DNA of 64,000 nt from an uncultured Desulfobacter sp. (GCA_963665095.1 OY762069.1:4864001-4928000), one strand, 5' to 3'. Counted from the stretch's first letter, positions 37,729-48,474 are shown. Translations and numbers: made by a program. Notes: generated by a model from the sequence alone, not told the origin.

Positions 37729-40700
37729 CTATTTAGTGTCTGGATCGGAATCATTGTCACTTTCCGGCGGCGCAGGCTCCTGTGTCTTTTCTTCAGGTTT
37801 CTGTTGCCAGGAAAATGTCTGCTGTTTCCGTACAGGGCGCCTCAGCTGGACCCTGGCCCACAGATCCGGCGTGCTGAACCGTTGCCATCCCCACTTAAGG
37901 ATATTGATCAGCCAGAAAGAGACCCATAGGGCCCAGGCCAGCATGGCCACGCGATAGGTCCATATGGGGATGGATACTATCCATGCCTTTGGCAGGACCT
38001 GTCCGGATACGTCATGGTACCAGCGCAGCAATCCTGCCCGGGAGCCGTTACCCTGAATGGACATATCAGGATGTCCCAAAAGGCCGTTGGAGATGCCAAA
38101 TATCAGGCAGGCCCCAGCGCCGAGGGTCAGGGCCAGAATGCCTGTCTGCAACAGGTTGAACTTCATGCCGGTAAGATGATCCGCCTTTGGCCGGGCCTCC
38201 AGGGCAACCAGCCAGGTTGCCGTGATAATGGCGGTTCCCGGATGGCTCATGGACATACCAAGGAAGAGCAGGCACCACTGAAAAAAATTCAAGGGGGTCC
38301 ATCCAGTTTTGGACAGGGCAAAGGCAATGATCAGAATCACGATCAGTTCGGACCAGAACAGAACGGCCGGGCCCACGGCCTGTTCCCCACCAAGGAACAG
38401 GGGCCAGCGGTTTGCGCCAAGTTTGACATCCAGGCAGGTGTTGGCGCTGTCAATGCCCAGGTCCACCACAGGTGTCTGGTAAAAGGGCCGGATGCCTGTG
38501 CTGTCCATCCACTGCAGTGTTATTTTCTGCTCCCCCGGAACAATGGGCAAGGTAACCTTGCTGTTTTCCTGTCGGATGGGGCGTATCCGGCCCTGGATGC
38601 TTACTTCCTGGAGTCGGGCTGTATCCGGCAGGGTGATGGTGTGACGTCCACCCTGGCTGCTTTTAATGAACAGTGTCAGTTTGGCTGTGGTGGCGGCCCT
38701 GCCCGGCGCCAGCTCCAGAAGGCTTTTTTCAATGGTCAGTGTCTGGCCGTCAATGCCCCTGGGGCGGGTGACGGAAAGGGTCAGGGTTTCACCGGGCCAA
38801 GGGTGCCAGGTGGGATACCAGCGGTCTCCGGTTTTATGGAATATAACAGGGGTGCCGTTATATTCCATATGAAAGATGGGACTGACATCCACTTTCCATA
38901 TTTCGGTCCAGTCCCGGGTGTCTGCATGTGTGAGCCGAATCTGGCCGGCAGGTGCCAGAAAAGAGTCCCAGGCAAGACTTTTCTGGTCAGCATGAAAATT
39001 GATCTTGGCGGTATTGTTCTCCACACGGATGCCTTCTGTGGTGATGGATTCACCGGGCAGCAGCGGGATATTTAAGACCATACCCGAGTTTGCGTCCCCC
39101 TGGCGGGTCACCCGGGTCTCAAGTTTCCATACAAGACCAAGCAGAAGGGTCCGTTCAACTTTGGCAAAAACGGGCAAAACACCTGTTTCAAGTTCCTGTT
39201 GCTTGGTCTCCTGTGTCCGGCCCATCGGCTTAAACTGAAGCTGGGCATCAAAGCTGCCGTCCGAGTGTCTGCCCTCAACGGACCAGCCTTCCACGATCAT
39301 GTCCAGGTGGCGGGGTTTGAGGGGAAATACCAGCTGAAAGCCGTTCTGACGGCGTATGGGGCCTTGAAATTCAATTTCATGGATACCGCCGGGAACCATA
39401 ACCCATAGCTTGTCCTCTTTTTTGAAAAGGCCAGCATCGGCTTGTCCGTCCACCCGGATACTGGTGGGCAGCCACTGGGAATCATCTCCGGGCAAGGGAA
39501 TGGCGGTATCAATGGCGGCATGCACCTGAACGTGCAGAAGCAGCCGGTCCGCATTCAGATCAATGGCTGCCAGGGGCAGGTCAGCACAGTGGCTGAAACA
39601 TTTGTCAGCCTTAATCAGTCTGCTTTCCAGCTCCTCGAGCATGGCTGGGGAGGGAAAATCAGCGGCCCGGGACATGGCCGGCATCAGGCACAGAAGGATT
39701 ACCGCCAGGACTGGCAGCATCTGTCGGATGCCGGGTACCGAGCTGTTTTTGATGTTGCCAAGGCCAAGCATCCCTGCAGCCAGAAATACCACCAGCGCAA
39801 CCCGCACCAAGGCCAGGATCAGGTTCACCCGTGGCCCGATGAGAAACAGGGACATTGACTGGCCCCGGTTTACAGGTCCGGACCAGGAAAAGTCAATGGT
39901 TTTAAAGGCCGGCCACAGAGGCATGCCCGGGCCTGTCTGGGTGCGGGCCTTGGGATCGTACTGCATGACCTGGGGGGTGCTTTCATAACGCTCCGGCACA
40001 GGCGGGGCCGCAAGAGATATGGCCTTACTGCTTTTTTTCATGAGCGCATTGGTTGCCGAGCCTATCATCGGACTTGCGCTACGTTCCAGTCTTGCCTCAT
40101 CCTTCATGGCCCGGCTGGTGACGGCCCGGGGCTGATCTTTACCACTGATTACAGTTCTGGATATATTCATCCAGGGACGGGCCAGTTCAGGGTAAATCCC
40201 GATGCGAAGGGTATGGATGGCCCAGGGGATAACAATCACGACAAAAAAGACCAGTACAATGGCCTGACACAGGCGGATAAGGGTACGCATCCGCCCCGGG
40301 GGCAGGTATTTCAGCAGGGTAAATCCGATCAGAAGCGCCAGCCATATATATTTGGGGGCGTTAAATTCATGGAAGGTTAAGGTCAGGGTGATGAACGCCA
40401 CCAGCGCCAGGGGCTTTGAGTAGACCCGGGACAGGGCAATGGTGAAAATCAGGACCACAAAGAAATCCAGCAGGGTCCAGCGGGAAACCCAGGTGCCCGG
40501 GATACGGTCCACGCCTCCCGCCCTGATCAGAGTCCATCCCGGAGGCAGGTTCAGCCGGCCTTTAACGGATTTGAAATCATGGTCCCATCCTGTTGCCGGT
40601 ATCCGTGAGATCCCTTTCCCAAAGGTAGAATCGGCAAGGATATCCACTTTGCCGTTTCTCAGTTCAATACCGGGCCTGGTACTGTCTTGTCTAATGGTGA

Positions 40701-41919
40701 TCAATTGCTCCCTGCCGTCAACAATCACCTGTCCCGGCAGGATATCAGGGGTCAGTTCCAGGCGCCAGTTGGTGTTTTTTTTGCCTGCGATCCGGTCCTG
40801 GATGAAATAGCCGGATCCGTCAAAACGCAGCCAGAGCGTCCGGTCCAGGGACAGTTGGTCTGGAGCGGGAGAGGGATCCCCCCGCTTGACCTGTTTAAAG
40901 GTCAGTGTGGTGGCAGGGGTCATGAGGTATGAGGGAAAGGACTGCCAGTGCGACGGAATGGTGGTCTGTTTGGGATCCACTGGAACGGCCCCTGAAATTT
41001 CAACCCGTCGTAAGTCTGTTCGGGCACTGAACGACCAGATCTCCTTCTGGGGCCAGAACTCCTGGTCCGGGCGTATGAATTGAGCGGTTTTCAGAGGACC
41101 TGCATGCCGGAGGTTAAGGCTGAGCTGGAAACGGCCGGGTCTGACCTGAATGGTGATCCTGCCGTCGGATTCCAGCCGGGCCGGCAGGGGGCTTTTAAAT
41201 GAGACAGGGATGAACCGGTCTTCCCGATATACCGGTCCCATGGTCATCTGCCGTGCCTGGCCAGACACCTCCAGGGTCAGTTCAATGGACATCCGGGCCG
41301 GGATATCATCCTCAATCAGCCGGGAACACTCCACCTTGAGCCGGTCCTCAGATCGCTTCTCAACCGTTTTATGTCTCAGCCAGAGCCGGCCTTGCTGGTC
41401 CAGTTCGGGAAACGTGACAGTGGTGTTGTTCATAACAAGGGTCACAAGACCTGTTGAGGCCGGTATGTTCAGGTGTTCGGGCAAAGATTGCCAGGAAAAC
41501 CGGCCGGTGACCATATGGGTGCCTTCCGGAACCATCAGGCCGGGGTGGTCGTCATCTGCCAGCACCACAGCCGGGCTGCTGTCCATGGAAACATCCATGG
41601 GCCAGTGGCTGCTGCTGCCTGGGATAGCGATCCTGGTCCGGGTATAAATTTGCCATGACTGTTCAAATGTGCCGCCTTTGTCATTTAAATTCAGTGTCAG
41701 CCGCCCCGGCCAGGCGCAAATAAGCTCCCCTGCCTTGTCATACATGGGAATGCAGGCGAGCTGTTTCTCTTTGCCGTGCAGCACCCACGCTTTCCATGGT
41801 GCCAGTTGGTCCGGTATATAAACGGATGGCCGGGCATGGCCCTCTATTATCAGGCCGCACAGAATACCTGCGGCCGACAGCCAGATTAAAAACTGCTTTA
41901 AAATTCGTTGAAGGGTCAT
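37729..41919 (-). CDS. Large hypothetical membrane protein (1396 aa) with an internal duplication
   Basis: Long uninterrupted ORF; N-terminal signal peptide; two similar extracytoplasmic regions, each followed by a TM cluster. Confidence 0.8.
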   Translation of the reverse strand: MTLQRILKQFLIWLSAAGILCGLIIEGHARPSVYIPDQLAPWKAWVLHGKEKQLACIPMYDKAGELICAWPGRLTLNLNDKGGTFEQSWQIYTRTRIAIPGSSSHWPMDVSMDSSPAVVLADDDHPGLMVPEGTHMVTGRFSWQSLPEHLNIPASTGLVTLVMNNTTVTFPELDQQGRLWLRHKTVEKRSEDRLKVECSRLIEDDIPARMSIELTLEVSGQARQMTMGPVYREDRFIPVSFKSPLPARLESDGRITIQVRPGRFQLSLNLRHAGPLKTAQFIRPDQEFWPQKEIWSFSARTDLRRVEISGAVPVDPKQTTIPSHWQSFPSYLMTPATTLTFKQVKRGDPSPAPDQLSLDRTLWLRFDGSGYFIQDRIAGKKNTNWRLELTPDILPGQVIVDGREQLITIRQDSTRPGIELRNGKVDILADSTFGKGISRIPATGWDHDFKSVKGRLNLPPGWTLIRAGGVDRIPGTWVSRWTLLDFFVVLIFTIALSRVYSKPLALVAFITLTLTFHEFNAPKYIWLALLIGFTLLKYLPPGRMRTLIRLCQAIVLVFFVVIVIPWAIHTLRIGIYPELARPWMNISRTVISGKDQPRAVTSRAMKDEARLERSASPMIGSATNALMKKSSKAISLAAPPVPERYESTPQVMQYDPKARTQTGPGMPLWPAFKTIDFSWSGPVNRGQSMSLFLIGPRVNLILALVRVALVVFLAAGMLGLGNIKNSSVPGIRQMLPVLAVILLCLMPAMSRAADFPSPAMLEELESRLIKADKCFSHCADLPLAAIDLNADRLLLHVQVHAAIDTAIPLPGDDSQWLPTSIRVDGQADAGLFKKEDKLWVMVPGGIHEIEFQGPIRRQNGFQLVFPLKPRHLDMIVEGWSVEGRHSDGSFDAQLQFKPMGRTQETKQQELETGVLPVFAKVERTLLLGLVWKLETRVTRQGDANSGMVLNIPLLPGESITTEGIRVENNTAKINFHADQKSLAWDSFLAPAGQIRLTHADTRDWTEIWKVDVSPIFHMEYNGTPVIFHKTGDRWYPTWHPWPGETLTLSVTRPRGIDGQTLTIEKSLLELAPGRAATTAKLTLFIKSSQGGRHTITLPDTARLQEVSIQGRIRPIRQENSKVTLPIVPGEQKITLQWMDSTGIRPFYQTPVVDLGIDSANTCLDVKLGANRWPLFLGGEQAVGPAVLFWSELIVILIIAFALSKTGWTPLNFFQWCLLFLGMSMSHPGTAIITATWLVALEARPKADHLTGMKFNLLQTGILALTLGAGACLIFGISNGLLGHPDMSIQGNGSRAGLLRWYHDVSGQVLPKAWIVSIPIWTYRVAMLAWALWVSFWLINILKWGWQRFSTPDLWARVQLRRPVRKQQTFSWQQKPEEKTQEPAPPESDNDSDPDTK

Positions 41920-42136
41920 GGAGATATCCTTTGGGGACGAATGAATGGAGCGTTAATGTCTGAATCCTGACTAAGGCATAATAAAAAAAAGGATAAAAAG
42001 CAATATAATCAAATATTGTCAGTCGCTACTTTTTCAAATCATGGACGAAATTCACCGAAGATGATAAAAGGCACGACAATGACATGCTGACACATCGGTG
42101 TCGGCAATGACTTTTAACCGGTATTGAGGCAGAATC

Positions 42137-43450
42137 ATGGAACGAATTCTGGTGATTATTGCATCCGGTGCTGCAGGCACCGTATTTTTCTTCTGGTTTT
42201 CAAGGATGGTGAAGAAACAGGCATCTGTGAGGCAGTTCATTGAATCACATCTGTGGCTGATGTCTCCCAATGCCATCTGCTACTGGCGTACAGCGCTTGC
42301 TTTCCTGGGATTTATTCTTTATTTCTTTTCGTCCTGGCAGTCGCTGTCCATTTTTATATTTACCTTTGCCGCAGTCCTTGACGGGATTGACGGTGTTGTG
42401 GCCCGGGGGTGTAATATGGTGTCCCGGTGGGGGGAATGGCTGGACCCCATGTGCGACAAGCTGACATATCTGCCGCCCCTGGTTGGATTTGCCCATGTCG
42501 GCATTCTGTCACCTAAGCTGATCTGGACTCTTGTGGTCGTGGAACTGGTTGGCCAGTTTTTTGCCCGCAAGATATTGTCATGGCTCAAGGTGTCCGGTGC
42601 TGCCAATAATTTCGGAAAAATCAAGGCCATCATCTGTTTTGCCCTGGTGATCCTGTGCGCCCTGATTGATGCCAATCCCGGGATGCTCAATATCGGTGAC
42701 GGCGTCCTTCTGGCCTGTGTTATTCTTTCTGCCGCATCCATGATTTTTAAATTTGTTCCCAACCGGCTGTATGCAGATATTTTGTCTATGCTTAATTTCC
42801 TTTGCGGAGTGGCAAGTCTCATACTGACCTATCATCATTTTTATGCCTGGGCCATCTGTGTTATTGTCATGGGCCAGTTGTTTGACCTGTTTGACGGACG
42901 CATGGCGCTCAAGCACGGTGGTACCAAATATGGCCCATGGCTTGACGATATTGCCGATTTTGTCAGTTTCGGCCTGGCACCGGCCTACATGGTGGCCATG
43001 CGGGGCGGTTCCTTTGCGCTTTTTTTTGCCGTGATTTATGTGGTGGGGGTTGCCTTCCGGCTGGTACGGTTTGTTACAAAAGACAAGGGCCGCACGGATC
43101 TGCCCGCGGGCATTTTTAACGGATTCCCAAGCCCTGCAGGGGCATTGATTGTTTTAGGCGCGTCCCTTGTGTCAGGCCCGGCCATGCTCTGTTTTTTTAC
43201 GGCTGTTTCCACAGGACTTATGGTCAGCCATATCCGGTTTGCCCATTTTGGCCGGGTGATTCTTAAAGAGATTCCCAAACCAATCTTTTTTCTTATATCG
43301 GCTGCTACCATCGTGGTGATTGCATATATTCTGAAAACAAAAAGCGCTCAGATGTTCGGCTATCTGATTCTGGCATCCGTTATTTTATATATGGTTATCG
43401 GCAGGATCTGGGCACAAAAAAGAGTTGCCCAGAATACGCCCGGGAACTGA
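42137..43450 (+). CDS. CDP-alcohol phosphatidyltransferase with two tandem catalytic domains (PgsA-like plus PssA-like)
   Basis: DGIDGVVAR...GEWLDPMCD and DLFDGRMAL...GPWLDDIAD; the second half has PssA-type VSFGLAPA, RLVRF, FNGFPSPAGA and LMVS. Confidence 0.85.
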   Translation: MERILVIIASGAAGTVFFFWFSRMVKKQASVRQFIESHLWLMSPNAICYWRTALAFLGFILYFFSSWQSLSIFIFTFAAVLDGIDGVVARGCNMVSRWGEWLDPMCDKLTYLPPLVGFAHVGILSPKLIWTLVVVELVGQFFARKILSWLKVSGAANNFGKIKAIICFALVILCALIDANPGMLNIGDGVLLACVILSAASMIFKFVPNRLYADILSMLNFLCGVASLILTYHHFYAWAICVIVMGQLFDLFDGRMALKHGGTKYGPWLDDIADFVSFGLAPAYMVAMRGGSFALFFAVIYVVGVAFRLVRFVTKDKGRTDLPAGIFNGFPSPAGALIVLGASLVSGPAMLCFFTAVSTGLMVSHIRFAHFGRVILKEIPKPIFFLISAATIVVIAYILKTKSAQMFGYLILASVILYMVIGRIWAQKRVAQNTPGN

Positions 43451-43500
43451 AGTTCGGATTTGAGCATAACGAGAAGCAGCACAGCTGAGGGACCGGGTTT

Positions 43501-44328
43501 ATGCGTTATGTAAAAACATATAACTTTGGGCCGGGTATTAAAGGGTATTGTATGGGGTGGTCTCCGGCCGGGGCTCCCATGATGACGGCGTTTTTTTATG
43601 CCTTTGATGATATTCTAATTGATACAGGCCTGGCCCATATGGGAAAAGAGGCGCTCCTGGCTGCCCAGAAGCAGAAATCCTCCAGAATATTTTTAACCCA
43701 TCACCATGAGGACCACTCCGGAAATGCTGCCCGGATTCGAGAGCAGACCGGGGCAAGGGTCTACGGTCATAGTCAGGCTGCAGAAAAACTGAAAACTGCT
43801 TATCCGATCTTTTTTTATCAGAAATATATATGGGGCCAGACAACGCCTGTGACTGTTTTGCCCTTACCCCGGCACATAGATAGCCGGCTGGGTTCCATGG
43901 TTCCCGTATCCATGCCCGGGCACAGCAGGGACCATATGGTCTATTTCCTGCCGGATCAGGGCGTGGTGTTTTCAGGTGACTTATATCTGGGTGACCGGAT
44001 TCGGTATTTCAGGAAGGATGAGGATGTGGGTTCTCAAATCAATTCCCTTAAAAAACTGCTGGAATATGATTTTGATATTCTGTTATGCGGACATCATCCC
44101 AAAAAGTCCAGGGGACGGGATCATATAAAGACAAAACTTCAGTTTCTGGAAGATCTTTACGGCGGGGTTACAGCGCTGTATGACAAGGGATGGCGTGGAA
44201 AAGAGATTTTCAGGCGTCTGGGTCTTAAGGAAGATTATTTTATCAAGGCGTTCTGCTGCGCCAATGTGAGCATGTTTAACGGTGTGCTATCCTGCATTCG
44301 CCATTACCGGTCGGAAAAGGCATCCTGA
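43501..44328 (+). CDS. MBL-fold metallo-hydrolase
   Basis: LIDTG, THHHEDH, PGHSRDH, FSGD and CGH. Confidence 0.9.
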   Translation: MRYVKTYNFGPGIKGYCMGWSPAGAPMMTAFFYAFDDILIDTGLAHMGKEALLAAQKQKSSRIFLTHHHEDHSGNAARIREQTGARVYGHSQAAEKLKTAYPIFFYQKYIWGQTTPVTVLPLPRHIDSRLGSMVPVSMPGHSRDHMVYFLPDQGVVFSGDLYLGDRIRYFRKDEDVGSQINSLKKLLEYDFDILLCGHHPKKSRGRDHIKTKLQFLEDLYGGVTALYDKGWRGKEIFRRLGLKEDYFIKAFCCANVSMFNGVLSCIRHYRSEKAS

Positions 44329-45083
44329 GGTCCCCCGGTGGTCATCTTTTTATTAAAGCGGCCCACATGGTCCATGATCAGGTCGGCGGCGCGCCTGCCG
44401 TCACCGGCTTTCAGGGCCGCAATGATTTTTTGAAAGTCTTCAAGATTCTCCAGGGTGCTTTCCTGGTTCATGGGCAGGTAGTATCCGTAATATTCATGGA
44501 TGTTGGTGTGGATGCTCTGTTGCAGCAGCTGGAAGACCGGGTTGCCGGACATGGTGCCGATGTAGGCATGCATGGCTTCATCGGTTTTCAGGAAAAGATC
44601 CCAGTCTCCTGCCTCATAATGTCTGCGGCCCTGGTCATACAGGTCTTCCATGACTTCAATGTCTTTGGCTGTGGCTCTCTGGGCCGCCAGTTCAACAATG
44701 GCGCCTTCTATTTTGATCCGGAATTCAGCCAGATGGTCCGGGGAAACTTTGCCTGAACGGATGAGCAGTGCCAGAGACTGCATGACCGGCTCAGCATCAA
44801 TCTGTTTGACATAGGCCCCACCGGCCACGCCCAGCTTGATTCGGATCAGTCCTTTTTGTTCCAGAACCCTTAAGGCTTCTCTCAGGGTTCCCCGGCTGGT
44901 GTTGAACATCTCTTTGAGGTCCCGCTCGGCAGGCAGGCGGGTCCCGGGTTCAAGCAGGCCGCTTAAAATGGCGTCCTCAATCTGCTCCACAACATCCTGA
45001 AACACCCGGCTTTGTTTTGCCTTTTTAAAAATGGGTGATACCTTTTTTTTCGGCGCTCTGGCTATGGTGGTCTTTTTTCGCAT
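44304..45083 (-). CDS. GntR family (FadR subfamily) transcriptional regulator
   Basis: PGTRLPAERDL...SRGTLREALRVLEQKGLI wHTH followed by an FCD-like domain. Confidence 0.92.
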   Translation of the reverse strand: MRKKTTIARAPKKKVSPIFKKAKQSRVFQDVVEQIEDAILSGLLEPGTRLPAERDLKEMFNTSRGTLREALRVLEQKGLIRIKLGVAGGAYVKQIDAEPVMQSLALLIRSGKVSPDHLAEFRIKIEGAIVELAAQRATAKDIEVMEDLYDQGRRHYEAGDWDLFLKTDEAMHAYIGTMSGNPVFQLLQQSIHTNIHEYYGYYLPMNQESTLENLEDFQKIIAALKAGDGRRAADLIMDHVGRFNKKMTTGGPQDAFSDR

Positions 45084-45219
45084 ATGCGTGTTAAAGCATC
45101 TTGCCTCTGCCGTGTCAATTCATAAGTGCGTAGGCCTCCCGGTCACGAAGAGCGTTGCTCGGGCTTTAAATTGTCTGAATTCCGGTATGATGCTGTCCGG
45201 GCACGTCAGCCCCTGGGTT

Positions 45220-47058
45220 TTATTTTTTGTATTTGCCCCTCTGTGTCCGGGTTTTACGGGGTCTGCCTTGCCGGGAATTATTGCCCGGGGTTTTCTGCGT
45301 GATGATCTGCTTTTGTCCCTCCTTTTTAGCCGGGTCTTTCTCCACGAACAGAGGTGTCATGGTAAAGGGGTCCTTGCCGGTGCAGTACATGAGGGTGGAA
45401 AAAGTGGAAGGTGTTGGCGTGAAAATCTGGACCTGTTCAGGTGCAATTTTAAGCATGTCCCGGGAAAAGGTTTTCAGCGCGTCCATATCTTTGGCTGTGC
45501 ATCCGGGATGGGCTGCAATCAGGTAATAGGTCAGATACTGGTTTTTGTTCAGCGCCTTGCAGATACGGTCAAACCGGTGTTTGAATTCAACAAGGCTGTC
45601 AATGTCCGGTTTTCCCATGAGGGCCAGGACTTTGGGTTCGCAATGCTCCGGGGCCAGTTTCATCTGGCCTGACACATGGCTGGCTGCCACCTGCTTTAAA
45701 TAGGCCTGGCCCTTTTTTTTGTCCATGAGAATTAAATCGTGGCGGATGCCGGAGTTGAGAAATACTTTTTTTACGCCGGACAGGCGGCTGATTGCGTTCA
45801 GCAAATCCATCTGGGGACCGTGGTCGGGTGCCAGTGACGGACAGGGTGTGGGAAACAGGCAGCGCCGGTGGGTACAGGCACCTTTTTCCAGCTTTTTTTT
45901 GCATTCAAATCCGTACATGTTGGCAGTGGGCCCGCCCAGATCAAATATATATCCTTTGAAATCCCTGTCCCGGGTCATTTTTTCGGCTTCTGAAAGAATG
46001 GACGCCTTGCTTCGCCATCTTACGGTCCGGCCCTGGTGAACAGTGATGGCACAGAAATTACACTCCCCGTAGCAGCCGAAATGGGTGGGGATGGAAAACC
46101 GGATGGTCTCCATGGCCCTGACAGGTCCCATGGCCCTGTAATAAGGATGAACCTCCCGTTGAAAATCCAGATCATGAATGGCGTCCATTTCCGGGGTGGT
46201 GCTGAAGGGTGCCGGCTGGTTCAGGACAAGGAACCGGTCGCCGTGGGCCTGGCTTAACGGCGATGCAAGGATGGGGTCAGTATTGTCATAAAAGGTTTTA
46301 AAACTTTGAATGTAAAGGTCCCTGTCTTTGGTTACCTGTTCATAGGATGGCATCTCAATGCCTTTAGGTGTTTTGGCGATGTATGCAAGCCCCGGGATCT
46401 GCGTGACCGGATGGCAGGCCTTATTATCCGAAAGATGGACGTCTGTGTCTGCTGCATCGGCCGGCCCGGTTTTCATTTGGCTGTCCAGGGCCCGGGCAAA
46501 ATCCAGGATACTGGCATGGGCCATACCGAAGAGCAGGTAGTCTGCTTTCGCATCAAACAGAATAGACCGGCGGATCTTATTGGACCAGAAATCATAATGG
46601 GCAATGCGCCGCAGGCTGGCTTCAATTCCGCCTAAAACAATGGGTACCGTTGGTTTAAAATATCGGCGGACCAGGTTGGTATAAACAATTACAGCCCGGT
46701 CAGGACGATTGTTGTTAACGCCTCCTGGGGTGTAGTCATCCTGTTTGCGTCGTTTCTTTGATGCCGTGTAATTGGCTACCATGGAGTCTACGGCACCGCC
46801 TGTGATACCCCAGAAAAGCCTGGGTTCCCCCAGGCGGGTGATGTCTTTGTCCGAGTCTGTGTCCGGCTGGGCAATGATGCCCACGGAAAAACCCTGTGAT
46901 GCCAGGACCCGGCCGATCAGACTGGCCCCCATGAACGGGGAGTCAATATACGTATCGCCGGTAACAAGGATCACATCAAGCTTATCTATGCCCTGGTCTT
47001 CCAGCTCTTTTTTCGTGGTCGGTAAAAACATGTCTGTTTTTGCATGCTTTGTTTTCAA
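45220..47058 (-). CDS. ygiQ: YgiQ family radical SAM protein
   Basis: ILVTGDTYID, GIIAQP, GGIEASLRR, GCYGECNFC (CxxxCxxC), DLGGPTANMY and AAHPG. Confidence 0.92.
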   Translation of the reverse strand: MKTKHAKTDMFLPTTKKELEDQGIDKLDVILVTGDTYIDSPFMGASLIGRVLASQGFSVGIIAQPDTDSDKDITRLGEPRLFWGITGGAVDSMVANYTASKKRRKQDDYTPGGVNNNRPDRAVIVYTNLVRRYFKPTVPIVLGGIEASLRRIAHYDFWSNKIRRSILFDAKADYLLFGMAHASILDFARALDSQMKTGPADAADTDVHLSDNKACHPVTQIPGLAYIAKTPKGIEMPSYEQVTKDRDLYIQSFKTFYDNTDPILASPLSQAHGDRFLVLNQPAPFSTTPEMDAIHDLDFQREVHPYYRAMGPVRAMETIRFSIPTHFGCYGECNFCAITVHQGRTVRWRSKASILSEAEKMTRDRDFKGYIFDLGGPTANMYGFECKKKLEKGACTHRRCLFPTPCPSLAPDHGPQMDLLNAISRLSGVKKVFLNSGIRHDLILMDKKKGQAYLKQVAASHVSGQMKLAPEHCEPKVLALMGKPDIDSLVEFKHRFDRICKALNKNQYLTYYLIAAHPGCTAKDMDALKTFSRDMLKIAPEQVQIFTPTPSTFSTLMYCTGKDPFTMTPLFVEKDPAKKEGQKQIITQKTPGNNSRQGRPRKTRTQRGKYKK

Positions 47059-47085
47059 AATAGTTAACTGAGCATGGCAGGTAGT

Positions 47086-48474
47086 TTATTTTTGATTTTC
47101 CACCCGGGCCATGGAGAAGATTATTCCCACAAGGCTGAGCACCGCAAAGACTGCAAATGCCGTGTGCATGGTGGACAGAAACCCCGGCGCTGTAGCAGGG
47201 CTGACCTCGGCATCCCCCATGAACATGCTTAAGAGCAGGGTGGTGATGGTCATGGCGGTGAGCATGCCGATACTGCGCATGGTGGCCACAAGGCTGGAGG
47301 CAATCCCGTAATGTTTGGGTCCGACAGATCCCATCACCGTTGTCATATTCGGTGTGGAAAAAGCGGCAAAACCCAGGCCCATGACAACTAAAACCACCAG
47401 CACCTGCCATATGTGTGTATCCTGCCCGAGAAACGCAGCAAAGCCAAGTCCTCCTGCACAGATGGCCATACCGGCCGTGGATATTTTGGAGGGGGACATT
47501 CTATCGGACAGCATACCTGACAAAGGAGAAAGTGACGCCTGAATCACAGGCTGGGCGATGAGCACAAATCCAGTGGTCTGGGCAGACATCCCCTTGACAA
47601 CTTGCAGATACAGGGAAAAGAAAAAAGTCAGCCCAAAGGAGGCTGCGTAGTTGATCCATGTGGCAATATTGCTGAAGGCCAGGACCCGGTTCCCCATCAG
47701 CAGGCGGATATCCAGAATGGGTGAGGGATGTTTGAATTCAAAGAGAACAAAAGCGGCCATGCCTGCCAGTCCGGCAGCCATCAGGCCCGGGGCCCAGGAA
47801 GCGCTTTCAAGATGGGCGACGCCAATAATAAGGCAGGAAAGTGCTGCCATGTACATGAGACTGCCCACCCGGTCAAAGGATTCCCCTTCCGCGCCTTTCC
47901 ATTCCCCTTTGAGCTGTGTGACAGTTAGGGTCAGGGCAGCCAGGGCAATAGGGACAGCGGCGAAAAAGATCCATTGCCAGCCCATCCAGGCGATCATAAG
48001 CCCGGCCAGGGTGGGGCCGGCCGAAAGTCCAAGGTAAACACAGGCCACAATAATGCCCATGGCTTTTCCCCGTTTTTCTTTGGGAACCACAGAAGAGAGA
48101 ATGGCCACTGAAGTTGATACAGTACATGACACGCCGATGCCCTGCAAAAACCGGATGGCGATAAATATGCCGATGGACGGGGAAAAAGGCAGCAGAATCG
48201 TGGCAATGGTAAACAAAGCAACCCCTGATATAAAAACCCTTTTTCTTCCGGTAATGTCTGCAAACCGGCCAACTGGCAGAAGAAACAGGGTGACTGCCAG
48301 CATGTAAACCATTTCCACCAGGGCCAGGGAAACGGCACTGGCACCGTAGAATCGCCCGATGGTGGGCAGGGCCACCCCAACGGCGGACATCATGAAGGGT
48401 GCCAGAAACTGGACCGATGAAACAATAAATATGGTTGAGCCGGAGGCCTGGGCATTGTTGCTATTGCCGCTCAT
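47086..48474 (-). CDS. MFS efflux transporter (DHA2-like)
   Basis: VALPTI, GRFADITGRK, RFLQG and GPTLAG; about 14 hydrophobic segments. Confidence 0.9.
   Translation of the reverse strand: MSGNSNNAQASGSTIFIVSSVQFLAPFMMSAVGVALPTIGRFYGASAVSLALVEMVYMLAVTLFLLPVGRFADITGRKRVFISGVALFTIATILLPFSPSIGIFIAIRFLQGIGVSCTVSTSVAILSSVVPKEKRGKAMGIIVACVYLGLSAGPTLAGLMIAWMGWQWIFFAAVPIALAALTLTVTQLKGEWKGAEGESFDRVGSLMYMAALSCLIIGVAHLESASWAPGLMAAGLAGMAAFVLFEFKHPSPILDIRLLMGNRVLAFSNIATWINYAASFGLTFFFSLYLQVVKGMSAQTTGFVLIAQPVIQASLSPLSGMLSDRMSPSKISTAGMAICAGGLGFAAFLGQDTHIWQVLVVLVVMGLGFAAFSTPNMTTVMGSVGPKHYGIASSLVATMRSIGMLTAMTITTLLLSMFMGDAEVSPATAPGFLSTMHTAFAVFAVLSLVGIIFSMARVENQK

Noticed and set aside
38014..39075. 353-aa + strand ORF
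   Set aside because: It is an antisense shadow of the 1396-aa gene with no recognisable features.
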